The notes: generated from the letters alone by a model not told the origin. DNA of 64,000 bases from Christensenellaceae bacterium (GCA_045651955.1 JAZRTI010000020.1:9667-73666), one strand, 5' to 3'; counted from the first letter of the stretch, positions 44,348-54,949 are shown. Numbers and translations: made by a program.

Positions 44348-46570
44348 CTAAAACTGATAAGGTATGGTGATGGGTTGGGAATAGAGAATGTTGGCGTCTG
44401 GTTCGTGTATGCGGCTTAGTTCGCTTTCTCTAATTAGTAGGTAGCGATACGTTTTTCCCGGAAGAAATCCGTGATCTGTGATTGTTTGGTTGGTGCCTTG
44501 TGTTAAATTGCACAGATGTTCGGGTGGAAGTGGGGTATTGTTGTCTATTTCTTGTCGCATCAAGTAAAAATTCCCATATTCTTTTACGCATAGTACTATG
44601 CAAACACTATCAAAACTGTGGTTTAAGGATAAAAATTCACTATTTAAGGGGGTGTTTACACATTTTTTCACGGTGGGAATGCGTTTTTTCTTAAAATAGG
44701 AATATAGTTTTTCCGTTTCCTTATCTGCTTCATGGGAAAGGATTTCCCTTTGTTCGTTTTCGTAAGTGGATTTGTGCAACGCAACGCGTTCAATGCCCGA
44801 AGGCTTTTCCTGCATGGAGCCAACGGCTGTGTGCTTGGCTAATTCTTGCCAAATTTCCATGGAAAGGGTGGCGGGTAGGGCACCTCCCGTTACCGTGTTG
44901 GACATTTCTTTATTTTTCGCCCCAAACCAAACACCTAAAACGTATTTTTGTGTATAAGAAAGGGTATATGCATCCGTATTTCCCGTTGTAGACCCCACTG
45001 TGCCCGTTTTTGCCGCAACAGGAAAGGAAAGATGGGATAATTTTTTTGCCGTACCCGTTTTTACGCAATCAGACAACATATCCGTTAACAAAAACGCAGT
45101 TTCTTCGCTGAAAACGCGTTTTTTGCTTTTTTCTTTTTTATAAATTGGTTTTCCATCTGCCAAAATTTGTGAAATAAAGGCAGTTTTTTCAAATTCTCCC
45201 GCTGACGCGATTGCACCGTACGCATTTGCAATCGTTTTCAGCGTAACCCCTTTTTGTGTTGCCCCAAGGGCAAGCGGTAGCGAATTATCTTGATCGGTGA
45301 TTGAAAAATTTAGTTTTCTTAGGGTGTTTTCAGCCTTTTCTACACCAATGCCATCCAAAATTTTAACCGCAGGTACATTTAAGCTGTGCGAAAGTGCATA
45401 TTTTGCGCTGACGTAACCGTGGTAAGTGTTTCCATAATTTTTGGGCTGATATCCCGAATAGGAAACCGGCTCGTCTAAAATTAGCGTAGATTCATCCATA
45501 AAATCACATTCTATTGCAGGTCCATAAACGGCAAATGGCTTTATTGTGGAACCGCACTGCCTTTTTGCCTGCCCCGTATTTGAGCGGAACGCGGAAACAA
45601 GTCCGCTTTCATTGTTCAGGTTTATGGCAGAAAAGACTGTGTTTTCGGGATGTGCAAAGTCTAATTCTTCTAATATTTTTTGATTTTCCAACTCTAAACC
45701 CGTATAAATACGTATTTCTTTTCCGTAGGAAAAAACCGGAAAGGGAAGAATCTCTGACACTTCATTGATTACTTCTTTTAGATAATCTTTTGCAAAATCG
45801 TCCTCCTCGGCACAAACACTGATGGGCTTTTGGATAGCGTTTTGAAAGGTTTTTTCATCAATATACCCCTGCAAGTACATTTCTTTCAGCACAATGTCTC
45901 TTCTATTTTTACATTTTTCCGCATTGGTGATAGGGGAATAATGGGCAGGGGCTTTAATAATTGCCGCAAGTGTAGCACACTGTTCTACGGTTAAATCGTT
46001 TACGTCCTTATTAAAATACCGTAAACTTGCAGCCCCCACTCCGTAGCAATTTTCCCCAAAATAAATTTGGTTTAGATACATGGTAATAATTTCCTCTTTT
46101 GTATACTTTTTTTCAAGTGCAAGGGAAAGTTTCATTTCCGAAAGCTTGCGTTTTATGGTTTTCTGACTGTTCAAGTGTGTGTTTTTTATTAGTTGTTGCG
46201 TAATTGTAGACGCGCCTTCTCGGTAACTGCCGCTTTTTATATTATTGATTGCTGCGCCAACAATCCGCTTCCCGTCCAATCCGTTATGCTTGTAAAACCG
46301 TTTATCCTCAATTGCTATAAAAGCATTTTTCAAATTTTTAGGTATCTCTTCTTTTTTTAGGGGAAGGGAGCCGTTTAAGTAGCCACTGTTTACTTCTGCG
46401 CCCGAGGCATCACAAAAAATTATTTTTTGTGTGGACGTTTGCAGTTTTTCAACGCTTAAATGCGCATCTTTTGTTAAAACAAGGCAATAAACGCCAAATC
46501 CCAAACAAAAAATTAAGCAAATAAGCAAGGAAAATATAGCCACTTTTGTTACAATTTTTACAAATTTCAT
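44348..46570 (-). CDS. class A penicillin-binding protein (glycosyltransferase + transpeptidase)
   Basis: It has GT51 motifs (AFIAIEDKRFYKHNGLD, RKLSEMKL) and transpeptidase motifs (STIKPF, KTGT). Confidence 0.9.
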   Translation of the reverse strand: MKFVKIVTKVAIFSLLICLIFCLGFGVYCLVLTKDAHLSVEKLQTSTQKIIFCDASGAEVNSGYLNGSLPLKKEEIPKNLKNAFIAIEDKRFYKHNGLDGKRIVGAAINNIKSGSYREGASTITQQLIKNTHLNSQKTIKRKLSEMKLSLALEKKYTKEEIITMYLNQIYFGENCYGVGAASLRYFNKDVNDLTVEQCATLAAIIKAPAHYSPITNAEKCKNRRDIVLKEMYLQGYIDEKTFQNAIQKPISVCAEEDDFAKDYLKEVINEVSEILPFPVFSYGKEIRIYTGLELENQKILEELDFAHPENTVFSAINLNNESGLVSAFRSNTGQAKRQCGSTIKPFAVYGPAIECDFMDESTLILDEPVSYSGYQPKNYGNTYHGYVSAKYALSHSLNVPAVKILDGIGVEKAENTLRKLNFSITDQDNSLPLALGATQKGVTLKTIANAYGAIASAGEFEKTAFISQILADGKPIYKKEKSKKRVFSEETAFLLTDMLSDCVKTGTAKKLSHLSFPVAAKTGTVGSTTGNTDAYTLSYTQKYVLGVWFGAKNKEMSNTVTGGALPATLSMEIWQELAKHTAVGSMQEKPSGIERVALHKSTYENEQREILSHEADKETEKLYSYFKKKRIPTVKKCVNTPLNSEFLSLNHSFDSVCIVLCVKEYGNFYLMRQEIDNNTPLPPEHLCNLTQGTNQTITDHGFLPGKTYRYLLIRESELSRIHEPDANILYSQPITIPYQF

Positions 46571-46677
46571 ATTTTTTACCGTTTAGCATTAGTATTTATA
46601 AAAAATTCGGCATTATACTTGCAAAAAATGCTGAAAAAAGGTATAATATAGTTGTATTTTTAATGGGGAAGTATACA

Positions 46678-48033
46678 ATGTTTACACAAAAAACCTATCA
46701 CGTAATTACATACGGCTGCCAAATGAATATACACGAATCCGAAAAGCTTGCAGGCGTTGCGGAAAAACTTGGCTTTATCCACACCGAAAACCCTGAAAAG
46801 GCGGATTTGGTTATTTTTAACACCTGCTGTATTCGTGAAAATGCAGAACACCGCGCAGCGGGGAATATCGGTGCCCTAAAACAAATAAAACGTCAAAACA
46901 AAAATATGATTATTGCCGTGTGCGGATGCTTAACGCAGCAATCCGGCATGGCGGAAAATTTTGCAAAAAAATTCCCCTTTGTGGATATCTTCTTCGGCAC
47001 GCATAACGTAGAAGAGTTTGAAACGTTACTCCGTAACCGTTTACAAAGAAAAAAACGGCAAATTTCACTGTGGGAAAAAGAAGGCCCGGTAAATGAAACT
47101 TTGCCTAAAAAACGAACAAGTTATCCCAACGCCTGGGTCAACGTTATGTATGGCTGTAATAATTTTTGCACGTACTGCATAGTTCCTTACGTTAGGGGAA
47201 GGGAGCGTAGCCGCAAAATAGAAGACGTGGTTAGTGAAGTAAAATCCCTGGTTTTAGATGGGTATAGAGAAATTACTTTACTTGGGCAAAACGTAAATTC
47301 CTACGGAAAAGACCTAAACGATGGCAGCAATTTTGCAAAATTGATACGGGAATTAGGGAAAATTGAAGGGAATTACTGGTTGCGATTTATGACCAGTCAT
47401 CCCAAAGATTTATCCGAAGATTTGGTACTTGCCATGAAGGAAAATCCACATGTTTGCCATTCTTTACATCTTCCCGTGCAGGCCGGGTCGGACAAGGTTT
47501 TGAAAGAAATGAACCGCAAATACACCGCAAATGCGTATCTTGATAAGGTTCAAATGCTTAAAAAGTATATTCCTGATTGCACCCTTACCTCCGATTTAAT
47601 GGTGGGATTTCCCGGGGAAACGGAAGATGATTTTATATCTACCATGGATTTGGTTAAAACCGTGCGCTACTTAAACGCGTTTACCTTTGTTTACAGCAGA
47701 AGGAAGGGAACGGTTGCCGATAAGATGGAAAATCAAATTCCCGAGGATGTGAAAAAGGACCGAATTATGCGGTTAATTGCTTTACAAAATGAAATCACAC
47801 GGGAAATCAGTGCCGGTTATGAAAATCAGGAAACCGTAATTCTGTGTGAAGATTTTGATGATAAAAAAGGACTTTTTTTGGGCAGAAATCAGTACGGGCT
47901 TATGGTTTATTTCCCTTGGGAAAGTAAGGATTCGCCCGTTGGAAAGTTTTTGAAAGTTACTATTACGAAAGTAGGGGGGATTTCCCTTTACGGAGAGGTT
48001 TTGGAGGAAACAGTATGGGCCTTTCGCCAATGA
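46678..48033 (+). CDS. miaB: tRNA-2-methylthio-N6-dimethylallyladenosine synthase
   Basis: It has TYGCQMN..ESE, the radical SAM motif CNNFCTYC and a TRAM C-terminus. The start is ATG 46678 or ATG 46663. Confidence 0.85.
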   Translation: MFTQKTYHVITYGCQMNIHESEKLAGVAEKLGFIHTENPEKADLVIFNTCCIRENAEHRAAGNIGALKQIKRQNKNMIIAVCGCLTQQSGMAENFAKKFPFVDIFFGTHNVEEFETLLRNRLQRKKRQISLWEKEGPVNETLPKKRTSYPNAWVNVMYGCNNFCTYCIVPYVRGRERSRKIEDVVSEVKSLVLDGYREITLLGQNVNSYGKDLNDGSNFAKLIRELGKIEGNYWLRFMTSHPKDLSEDLVLAMKENPHVCHSLHLPVQAGSDKVLKEMNRKYTANAYLDKVQMLKKYIPDCTLTSDLMVGFPGETEDDFISTMDLVKTVRYLNAFTFVYSRRKGTVADKMENQIPEDVKKDRIMRLIALQNEITREISAGYENQETVILCEDFDDKKGLFLGRNQYGLMVYFPWESKDSPVGKFLKVTITKVGGISLYGEVLEETVWAFRQ

Positions 48034-50612
48034 TGCTGCACTATAAATCGGTAAAGGAAGAATACCCCGATTGTATTATTTTTTACCGTTTAGGTGATTT
48101 TTACGAAATGTTTTTTGAAGATGCTATAACTGCATCAGCAATTTTGGATTTAACCCTGACCGGGCGTGATTGCGGTTTGGAGGAGCGCGCCCCTATGTGC
48201 GGCGTTCCTTATCACGCTGCAGAAGGGTATATCGCAAAACTGGTACAGGCCGGCCAAAAAGTTGCCATTTGTGAACAGCTTAGCGACCCTGCGGCAAAAA
48301 AAGGTATGGTGGAACGTGGCGTAATCCGCGTAGTTTCCGCAGGTACTATGACGGATGACACCCAATTAAACGAAAAAGAAAACAATTTTATTTGTATGGT
48401 GTTTGGGGATGAAAAGGGTGTAGGGATTTCCTGGGCGGATATTACTACGGGAGAATTTTACGCTGCCGAATATCGTGGGGAAGATCGTATATTTGATTTT
48501 ATTGATCGCCTAACAAGATTAAATCCTGCTGAAATTTTTGCCAACAGCACCGTTTGTACGGTTACAAAAGACCTTCCTGCCGTAAAACACCACTTATTGC
48601 CCACTTTTCAAACCTACCGCGACGCCCAGTTTGTATACACAAAAGCAGAATCACGCCTAAAAAAGCAGTTCGATGTTCTTTCCTTATTCGGTATGATTCC
48701 CGAAGGAAAAACTTACGCTGTTTCTGCGGCAGGTGCATTGCTTGCTTTACTGGAAGAAACGCAAAAACGTGAACTGAAAAATATTCGTGAAATTTACTTT
48801 GAGGATAAAGGGGATGGCTTAATTTTAGATTATAACGCCATTCGTAATTTGGAACTTTTGCAAACCATGCGGGACGGCAAGCGCTACGGTTCTGTTTTAT
48901 GGTTGTTGGATAGAACAAAAACAGGTATGGGCGCAAGAAAACTTGCCGCATGGATTTCCAAGCCGTTAAACGAAATTGCTGAAATTGAACTTCGTCAAAG
49001 CGGGGTGGAGGAATTAACCCGTTCAACCTTAATGCGCCAGGGAATGGCAGAACTTTTATCTTCGGTAAAAGATCTTTCCCGTTTGGCAGGAAGGGTGTCA
49101 AACAATAACATTTCACCCAGGGATGCGCTTGCACTTGGAAATTCTTTATCTGTTTTGCCCAGTCTAAAATTTCAACTGGCAACCATGCAAAGCCCGGCAA
49201 TGGCGCAGATTTCGGCAAATTTATGCGATTTGGGGGAAATTGAACAACTTTTACGTGCAGCAATCACACCCTTAAATACTCCCATTTTGGTTTCGGGCGG
49301 CGGATTTATTGCCAAAGGCTTTTCTTCGGAACTGGATGAATTGCGGAATGTTTCGGAAAACGGAAAAACTCTTTTAGATGATTTGGAACGTAGTGAACGC
49401 GAAAAAACCGGAATTAAGAACCTAAAAGTGGCATACAACCGTGTGTTTGGGTACTACGTAGAAGTAACAAATTCCTATAAGGATTTAGTTCCTTATTATT
49501 ATCAGCGCAAACAAACCACGGTAAACGCGGGACGTTATATTACCGAAGAATTGAAAATTTTAGAAGAGAAAATTTTAACGGCACAAGAGAAATCAATTGC
49601 GTTAGAAATTTCGATTTTTGAAGAAATTAAGAAAAAATTATTAGAAAAACTGCCCGAAATCAATCGTGTTTCGGATGCAATTGCCACACTGGACTGCTTG
49701 CTTTCTTTGGCAACCGTTGCAAAGGAAAACCGATACGTAAAACCCAAGATTTTACCGCAAGGCGGAGAACTTTCGGTAATTGCCGGGCGGCATCCCGTTG
49801 TAGAAGCCGTATCTAAAGAGCCGTTTGTGGCAAACGACACGTATTTGAATGCGGATACCGATCGTACGATGATTATTACCGGTCCGAACATGGCGGGGAA
49901 AAGTACATATATGCGCCAAGTTGCGCTGATTGCAATTCTTGCACATATGGGCAGTTTTGTACCTGCAAAGGAAGCGCAAATTCCCATCATGGATAAAATA
50001 TACACACGTGTAGGTGCCAGTGATAATTTAATTTTAGACCAAAGTACTTTCATGGTGGAAATGAGTGAGGTCGCCGCAATTTTACGTGGAAGCACGGAAA
50101 ACAGTTTACTGATTTTAGATGAGGTTGGTAGGGGAACAAGTACTTATGACGGCCTTAGTATTGCATGGGCGGTTGTTGAACATATCACTAAATTTATACG
50201 TGCAAAAACCCTGTTTGCAACGCATTATCACGAATTAACCGAAATTGAAGGTGCGCTTGATGGGGTTAAAAATTACAAAATCACCGTTAAGGAAATGAAT
50301 CAAACCGTGGTATTTTTGCGAAAAATTGCCCGTGGCGGTGCCAATAAAAGCTTTGGTGTGGAAGTTGCCGCACTTGCGGGTGTTCCCGAAGAGGTTACAA
50401 AGCGCGCCAAGGGAATATTAAAAAGTTTAGAAAAAAAGAAGTTGGGCGGGGTAGAATCTACTGCCGAAACGACTTTAACCGAGGAAGACGCCATTTGCGG
50501 GGTGCAGGCGGAAGTTTTGGATTCCTTAATGGATACGGATCCATCCCTATTAACCCCCTTACAGGCACTAACCTTGTTGGATTCTTTGATTCATAAATTG
50601 AAATCGGAGTGA
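48015..50612 (+). CDS. mutS: DNA mismatch repair protein MutS
   Basis: It has SPMMLHY...FYRLGDFYEMFFEDA, Walker A GPNMAGKST and DEVGRGTSTYDG. GGAGG lies upstream of the start. Confidence 0.95.
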   Translation: MGLSPMMLHYKSVKEEYPDCIIFYRLGDFYEMFFEDAITASAILDLTLTGRDCGLEERAPMCGVPYHAAEGYIAKLVQAGQKVAICEQLSDPAAKKGMVERGVIRVVSAGTMTDDTQLNEKENNFICMVFGDEKGVGISWADITTGEFYAAEYRGEDRIFDFIDRLTRLNPAEIFANSTVCTVTKDLPAVKHHLLPTFQTYRDAQFVYTKAESRLKKQFDVLSLFGMIPEGKTYAVSAAGALLALLEETQKRELKNIREIYFEDKGDGLILDYNAIRNLELLQTMRDGKRYGSVLWLLDRTKTGMGARKLAAWISKPLNEIAEIELRQSGVEELTRSTLMRQGMAELLSSVKDLSRLAGRVSNNNISPRDALALGNSLSVLPSLKFQLATMQSPAMAQISANLCDLGEIEQLLRAAITPLNTPILVSGGGFIAKGFSSELDELRNVSENGKTLLDDLERSEREKTGIKNLKVAYNRVFGYYVEVTNSYKDLVPYYYQRKQTTVNAGRYITEELKILEEKILTAQEKSIALEISIFEEIKKKLLEKLPEINRVSDAIATLDCLLSLATVAKENRYVKPKILPQGGELSVIAGRHPVVEAVSKEPFVANDTYLNADTDRTMIITGPNMAGKSTYMRQVALIAILAHMGSFVPAKEAQIPIMDKIYTRVGASDNLILDQSTFMVEMSEVAAILRGSTENSLLILDEVGRGTSTYDGLSIAWAVVEHITKFIRAKTLFATHYHELTEIEGALDGVKNYKITVKEMNQTVVFLRKIARGGANKSFGVEVAALAGVPEEVTKRAKGILKSLEKKKLGGVESTAETTLTEEDAICGVQAEVLDSLMDTDPSLLTPLQALTLLDSLIHKLKSE

Positions 50613-50616
50613 TAGA

Positions 50617-52680
50617 ATGGGAAAAATCAATTTACTGACTTCTGAAGTTTATAATAGAATTTCTGCCGGAGAAGTGGTGGAGCGCCCCTATTCGGTTGTA
50701 AAAGAACTTTTGGAAAATGCCATTGATGCCCGAGCAACCACCGTTACGGTAGAAGTGGAAAACGGTGGAACTTCCATGATTCGCGTTACGGATGATGGGG
50801 AGGGGATGGATGCTGTTGATCTTTCACGCGCGTTTTTGCCGCACGCAACCAGTAAAATAAAAAAAGCCGAAGATTTGAACGTGATTCAAACTTTGGGTTT
50901 CCGTGGTGAAGCGTTGCCCAGTATTGGCTCTGTTGCAAAAGTAACTATTCTTTCTGCCAAATTGAATGCCGAAAGTGGGAATAAAGTTACTTGTTTTGGT
51001 GGAGAGATTTCAGAGGTAATTCCGGCATCTTCCCCCATGGGAACAACGGTAACGTTGGAGGATTTGTTTTATAATACGCCTGCCCGTGCAAAATTCTTAA
51101 AAAGTCCCAAAGGGGAGGAATCGGACATTTCCAACATGGTTTCACGCCTAATTTTGGCGCATCCTTCCGTTGCGTTTACGTATATTGCGGATGGAAAAAC
51201 CGTATATCGTTCGTTTGGTGGAAATCCCGAGGAGGCTTTAATTTCCGTTTACGGAACAGATGCTGTGGAAAATTCCTACTATATAGACACCGTAAAAAAC
51301 GGTATGCATATTTACGGATATTTGGGAAAGCATTTTTATACAAAATCAAACCGTACGTATCAAACCGTTGTGTTGAACGGAAGATATGTGGTTAATCAAA
51401 CGGTTGCTTCTGCGGTACATAATGCCTATCAAAATTACTTAATGAAACGCAATTATCCGTTTTATTGCTTATATATTGATTTGCCCGGCGAGTTTGTGGA
51501 CGTAAACGTGCACCCAAACAAGGCGGACGTTCGTTTTGCAAGTAATCAGGTGGTTTACGGAACACTGTTTTCGGTTGTTTCCGCTGTTTTGGATGGAACA
51601 ACTGCGGCGATTGATATTGTTAAAAATTATCCGAAAGCGGAAGGGGAAAATTCTTCCGTTTCCATGGATTTAACCGAAGATTTAACAAAAAAACACCCCC
51701 AAAACGTCCTTACCTTTGTTTCTGAAAAAACAGAAATTGCAGCGCAGGAAGAAATAAGGGTGCAAAAACCGCAGGTTGCTGCAGATTTTCAAAGGGAAGA
51801 GCAAGCGGAGGATTCTTATTCTTTTGCAAAAGTTTCAGATAGTGCTTCGTCTTCTCATGCTACGCTTTTAGATGCGGCAACCGGCTTGTTAATCCCGCCG
51901 AAGGGTTTATCCGAAGCGGAACAAAATGCTATTTTTGAAGAGAATCAGCGCTGGTTGCGTCAATTTGATGCAAAATCGCAAGAAAAAACGGAAATACGGG
52001 ATGATTTGAAATCAAAAGAACAGGGGATTCCCGAAAAAGATATTGTTTCCGAACCTTTGGCAAGCAGTGCAGATGGGCAGGCATTGCCCACTGCGGCGTC
52101 GCTCTTTTCTCATGCAAATTATATCGGTCAGGCGTTCAAAACATATTTAATTTTTGAAATAGAAAATGTTTTATATTTTGTTGATCAGCACGCGGCGCAC
52201 GAACGTATGATTTATGACAAACTTTTAATACAAATGCAGGAAAGTGCAGTAATTTCGCAGCCCATGCTAATCCCGTACCATTTATCCGTAAATCCGCAAG
52301 AAGATTTATTTATTAAAAATAATTTAGAAGTGTTTTTAGGTATGGGTATTGAAATTCAAGAATTTGGAATGCGAACCTATCGCGTTTCTTCGGTTCCTGC
52401 GGAACTGGTTTCTATGGATTTGGAGAAATTCTTTGCACAAGCATTAAAGCATGCCGATTCCATAGGTTCGCTTTCTTCCATAGAGTTAAAAAAGGAAAAA
52501 CTGATGCAAACCGCTTGTAAATCGGCAATCAAGGCAGGTTTTTCTGTTTCTGAAAAGGAAATTGACTATATTGGGGAAAAGCTAAGCCAAAATCCGGGTT
52601 TAACCTGCCCACATGGGCGCCCCGTTGCCGTTAAGGTTTCTAAAACCGAACTGGAAAAATGGTTCAAACGCATTGTTTAA
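50617..52680 (+). CDS. mutL: DNA mismatch repair protein MutL
   Basis: It has the GHKL ATPase N-terminus AGEVVERPYSVVKELLENAIDA and the C-terminal endonuclease motif DQHAAHER. Confidence 0.95.
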   Translation: MGKINLLTSEVYNRISAGEVVERPYSVVKELLENAIDARATTVTVEVENGGTSMIRVTDDGEGMDAVDLSRAFLPHATSKIKKAEDLNVIQTLGFRGEALPSIGSVAKVTILSAKLNAESGNKVTCFGGEISEVIPASSPMGTTVTLEDLFYNTPARAKFLKSPKGEESDISNMVSRLILAHPSVAFTYIADGKTVYRSFGGNPEEALISVYGTDAVENSYYIDTVKNGMHIYGYLGKHFYTKSNRTYQTVVLNGRYVVNQTVASAVHNAYQNYLMKRNYPFYCLYIDLPGEFVDVNVHPNKADVRFASNQVVYGTLFSVVSAVLDGTTAAIDIVKNYPKAEGENSSVSMDLTEDLTKKHPQNVLTFVSEKTEIAAQEEIRVQKPQVAADFQREEQAEDSYSFAKVSDSASSSHATLLDAATGLLIPPKGLSEAEQNAIFEENQRWLRQFDAKSQEKTEIRDDLKSKEQGIPEKDIVSEPLASSADGQALPTAASLFSHANYIGQAFKTYLIFEIENVLYFVDQHAAHERMIYDKLLIQMQESAVISQPMLIPYHLSVNPQEDLFIKNNLEVFLGMGIEIQEFGMRTYRVSSVPAELVSMDLEKFFAQALKHADSIGSLSSIELKKEKLMQTACKSAIKAGFSVSEKEIDYIGEKLSQNPGLTCPHGRPVAVKVSKTELEKWFKRIV

Positions 52681-52710
52681 GATAAACTTTTTGATTTTTT
52701 AGGGGATTTT

Positions 52711-53664
52711 ATGTGTAATAAACCGCAAATTATCATTGTTTGCGGCCCGACGGCGTCCGGAAAAAGTGCGCTGGCGGTTGCCGTTGCAAAGAGGGTAAAC
52801 GGGGAAGTTGTTTCTGCGGATTCCATGCAAATTTACCGTGAACTTTCGGTGGGAACGGCAAAACCTACCGAAAAAGAGATGGATGGGATTCCGCACCATA
52901 TGATAGATTGCGTTTCTCCAAGCACTCCCTTTTCAGTTTCGGATTACGAAAAAATGGCAATCCCTATTATAAACGACATCATTGCTCGCGGCAAAACTCC
53001 GGTTATTTGCGGCGGAACAGGTTTTTACATTAATGCAATTCTGTATTCGTTCAGTTACGGAAATCATGGCGGGGATGAAAAAACGCTTGCTGTTAGAAAA
53101 AAGTATATGGATTTACTACCGAAGATTGGGGAATCCGGCATTTTTGAAAAATTAAAGGAAGTAGATCCTGTTTCGGCGGAAAAGTTGCATCAAAACGACG
53201 TTAAGCGCGTAGTTCGTGCCTTGGAAATATATGAAACAACGGGAAAAAGAAAATCCGACATTGTTGACGATATGCAGCCGCGCTTTTCGTATATAGCGGT
53301 TATGCCCACGTGGGAGCGTTCGCTTTTATATCAACGCATCAACGAGCGGGTGATTGCAATGCTAAATAACGGTTGGGTAGAAGAAGTGGTGCAGTTGCAG
53401 CAATTAGGCTTGACAAATGAAATGCAGTCTATGCAGGCCATTGGTTATCGCGAAATTGTCAGCGATTTGATAAATTTTGGCAAATTGAACACTACTACGC
53501 CAGACATAATAGCGCAAAATACGCGCAATTATGCAAAGCGACAAATCACTTTCTTCAAAAGATTGCCCAATTTACACTATTTGGACGCAAATCTTTCCGT
53601 TCAGGAAATGACGGATGCTGTGATTCAATTGCAACAAGAAAAGAACCGGTATCGTAAAGTATAA
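52711..53664 (+). CDS. miaA: tRNA dimethylallyltransferase
   Basis: It has GPTASGKS and SADSMQIYRELSVGTAKP. Confidence 0.9.
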   Translation: MCNKPQIIIVCGPTASGKSALAVAVAKRVNGEVVSADSMQIYRELSVGTAKPTEKEMDGIPHHMIDCVSPSTPFSVSDYEKMAIPIINDIIARGKTPVICGGTGFYINAILYSFSYGNHGGDEKTLAVRKKYMDLLPKIGESGIFEKLKEVDPVSAEKLHQNDVKRVVRALEIYETTGKRKSDIVDDMQPRFSYIAVMPTWERSLLYQRINERVIAMLNNGWVEEVVQLQQLGLTNEMQSMQAIGYREIVSDLINFGKLNTTTPDIIAQNTRNYAKRQITFFKRLPNLHYLDANLSVQEMTDAVIQLQQEKNRYRKV

Positions 53665-53715
53665 TTTCTTTTTTATAGGGAAAAATCCTCCACAAGTTAC
53701 AGTGGAGGTTTTTTT

Positions 53716-53943
53716 GTGAAAAACAACTTTGTTTTACAGGATATCGTACTAAATCAAATACGCAGAGACCGCCTTACGGCAAAATTTTTTACAACAGATG
53801 GGTCAGTGTTCTCGGGAAAACTACACGGTTTTGACCATGAAACGGTAATTGTGGATCTGTTAGATGGGAATCAGGTAATGCTTTATAAGAAAAATCTACT
53901 TTCTGTTTTGCCGCCAAAACCTGTTTTAACAGATTTTTCCTAA
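53716..53943 (+). CDS. hfq: RNA chaperone Hfq
   Basis: It has an Sm-like core (LQD..LNQIRRDRL...F.T.G..FSG.L.GFD...V.L). The start is GTG, preceded by GGAGG. The position after miaA is conserved. Confidence 0.8.
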   Translation: MKNNFVLQDIVLNQIRRDRLTAKFFTTDGSVFSGKLHGFDHETVIVDLLDGNQVMLYKKNLLSVLPPKPVLTDFS

Positions 53944-53949
53944 AAAACA

Positions 53950-53974
53950 AGCCGTGGCAACATTTGCCACGGCT
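53950..53974. terminator. bidirectional terminator
   Basis: The stem agccgtggcaa/ttgccacggct lies between the convergent hfq and lexA genes. Confidence 0.75.
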
Positions 53975-53989
53975 GAAAATTTTAATTTT

Positions 53990-54607
53990 TTAGGATAAAT
54001 TACGATATAAGCCAACTACTTTACCCAAAATTTGAACGTTTCGTACCATTATATCGCTGTAATCTTTGTTTTCCGGGTGCAAAATCACATAATCGCTTTT
54101 CTTGTAAAAGCGCTTTACGGTTGCACTGTCATCCAGCAAAGCTACTACAATATCGCCGTCATTTGCGGTTTCCTGTTTCTTGCAAATCAGTTTATCACCG
54201 CTGAAAATTCCGGCATCTACCATACTTTCGCCGCGCGCACGCAACAAAAATACGTTTTCCCCACTTTTGAATTGGGGGGGCAGGGGATAATATTCTTCAA
54301 TATTTTCTTGCGCAAACATGGGGGAACCACAGGCAACCTCCCCCAAAAGCGGAGCGGTGGGAACCCGCGCTTCTGCCGTTTGGTTGGGTGTGCGGCATAA
54401 TCCGATTGCGCGGTTTTTAGAGTCTGACTTATTGATAAGCCCACGTTTTTTGAGTTTTTCCAAGTAATTAAACGCTGTTGCTGTGGAATGCAAGTTCAAA
54501 TCCCTGCAAATTTCCCGAACAGAGGGGGGATAACCGTTTTCTGAAACGAACGAATCCAAATATTGCATTAATTCTTGCAGTTTTAATTCAATTTCCGCTC
54601 TTTTCAT
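53990..54607 (-). CDS. lexA: LexA repressor
   Basis: It has an N-terminal wHTH, the S24 peptidase motif ARGESMVDAGI and a catalytic Lys context (VKRF). Confidence 0.95.
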   Translation of the reverse strand: MKRAEIELKLQELMQYLDSFVSENGYPPSVREICRDLNLHSTATAFNYLEKLKKRGLINKSDSKNRAIGLCRTPNQTAEARVPTAPLLGEVACGSPMFAQENIEEYYPLPPQFKSGENVFLLRARGESMVDAGIFSGDKLICKKQETANDGDIVVALLDDSATVKRFYKKSDYVILHPENKDYSDIMVRNVQILGKVVGLYRNLS

Positions 54608-54655
54608 TTGTGATCCTCCTTTTTTTCATAATATATCACATTTTTTTCAATAAAT

Positions 54656-54669
54656 CAAACATTTGTTTG
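54656..54669. promoter_or_regulatory. candidate LexA operator (CAAAC-N4-GTTTG)
   Basis: The palindrome caaacatttgtttg resembles the Firmicute SOS box GAAC-N4-GTTC with one change per arm. It overlaps the predicted -35 of lexA and lies 10 bp upstream of the -35 of the divergent gene. Confidence 0.5.
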
Positions 54670-54678
54670 AAGGATTTG

Positions 54679-54707
54679 TTGAATTTTTTTATTTTTCGTG
54701 TTATAAT
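54679..54707 (+). promoter_or_regulatory. promoter of the divergent Cys-rich gene (TTGAAT-17-TATAAT)
   Basis: The -35 is at 54679-54684 and the -10 at 54702-54707. Confidence 0.5.
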
Positions 54708-54727
54708 TTTATTAGGAGGAGAAAATA

Positions 54728-54943
54728 ATGATTGGCGAACCTTGTGAATTGTATGATAGAGAGTGCTGCGAATGTGGGGAATGCGATCTTTGTGATTTAG
54801 ACCCAAGTAAAACTTGCGATAGTTGCGGAAAATGCTTAAACCTGAATGAATATTCGGAAATTTTGATTGACGGTATCTTTGAAAGTGAAGAAGCATGGCA
54901 GGCATTTGTATCCTCTAAAACAAATTCTGAAAAAAATAAATAA
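54728..54943 (+). CDS. 71-aa acidic Cys-rich protein (9 Cys in residues 6-36)
   Basis: The sequence reads CELYDRECCECGECDLCDLDPSKTCDSCGKC. AGGAGGAG lies upstream of the start and terminator 54950-54985 follows. Confidence 0.65.
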   Translation: MIGEPCELYDRECCECGECDLCDLDPSKTCDSCGKCLNLNEYSEILIDGIFESEEAWQAFVSSKTNSEKNK

Positions 54944-54949
54944 AATAAA

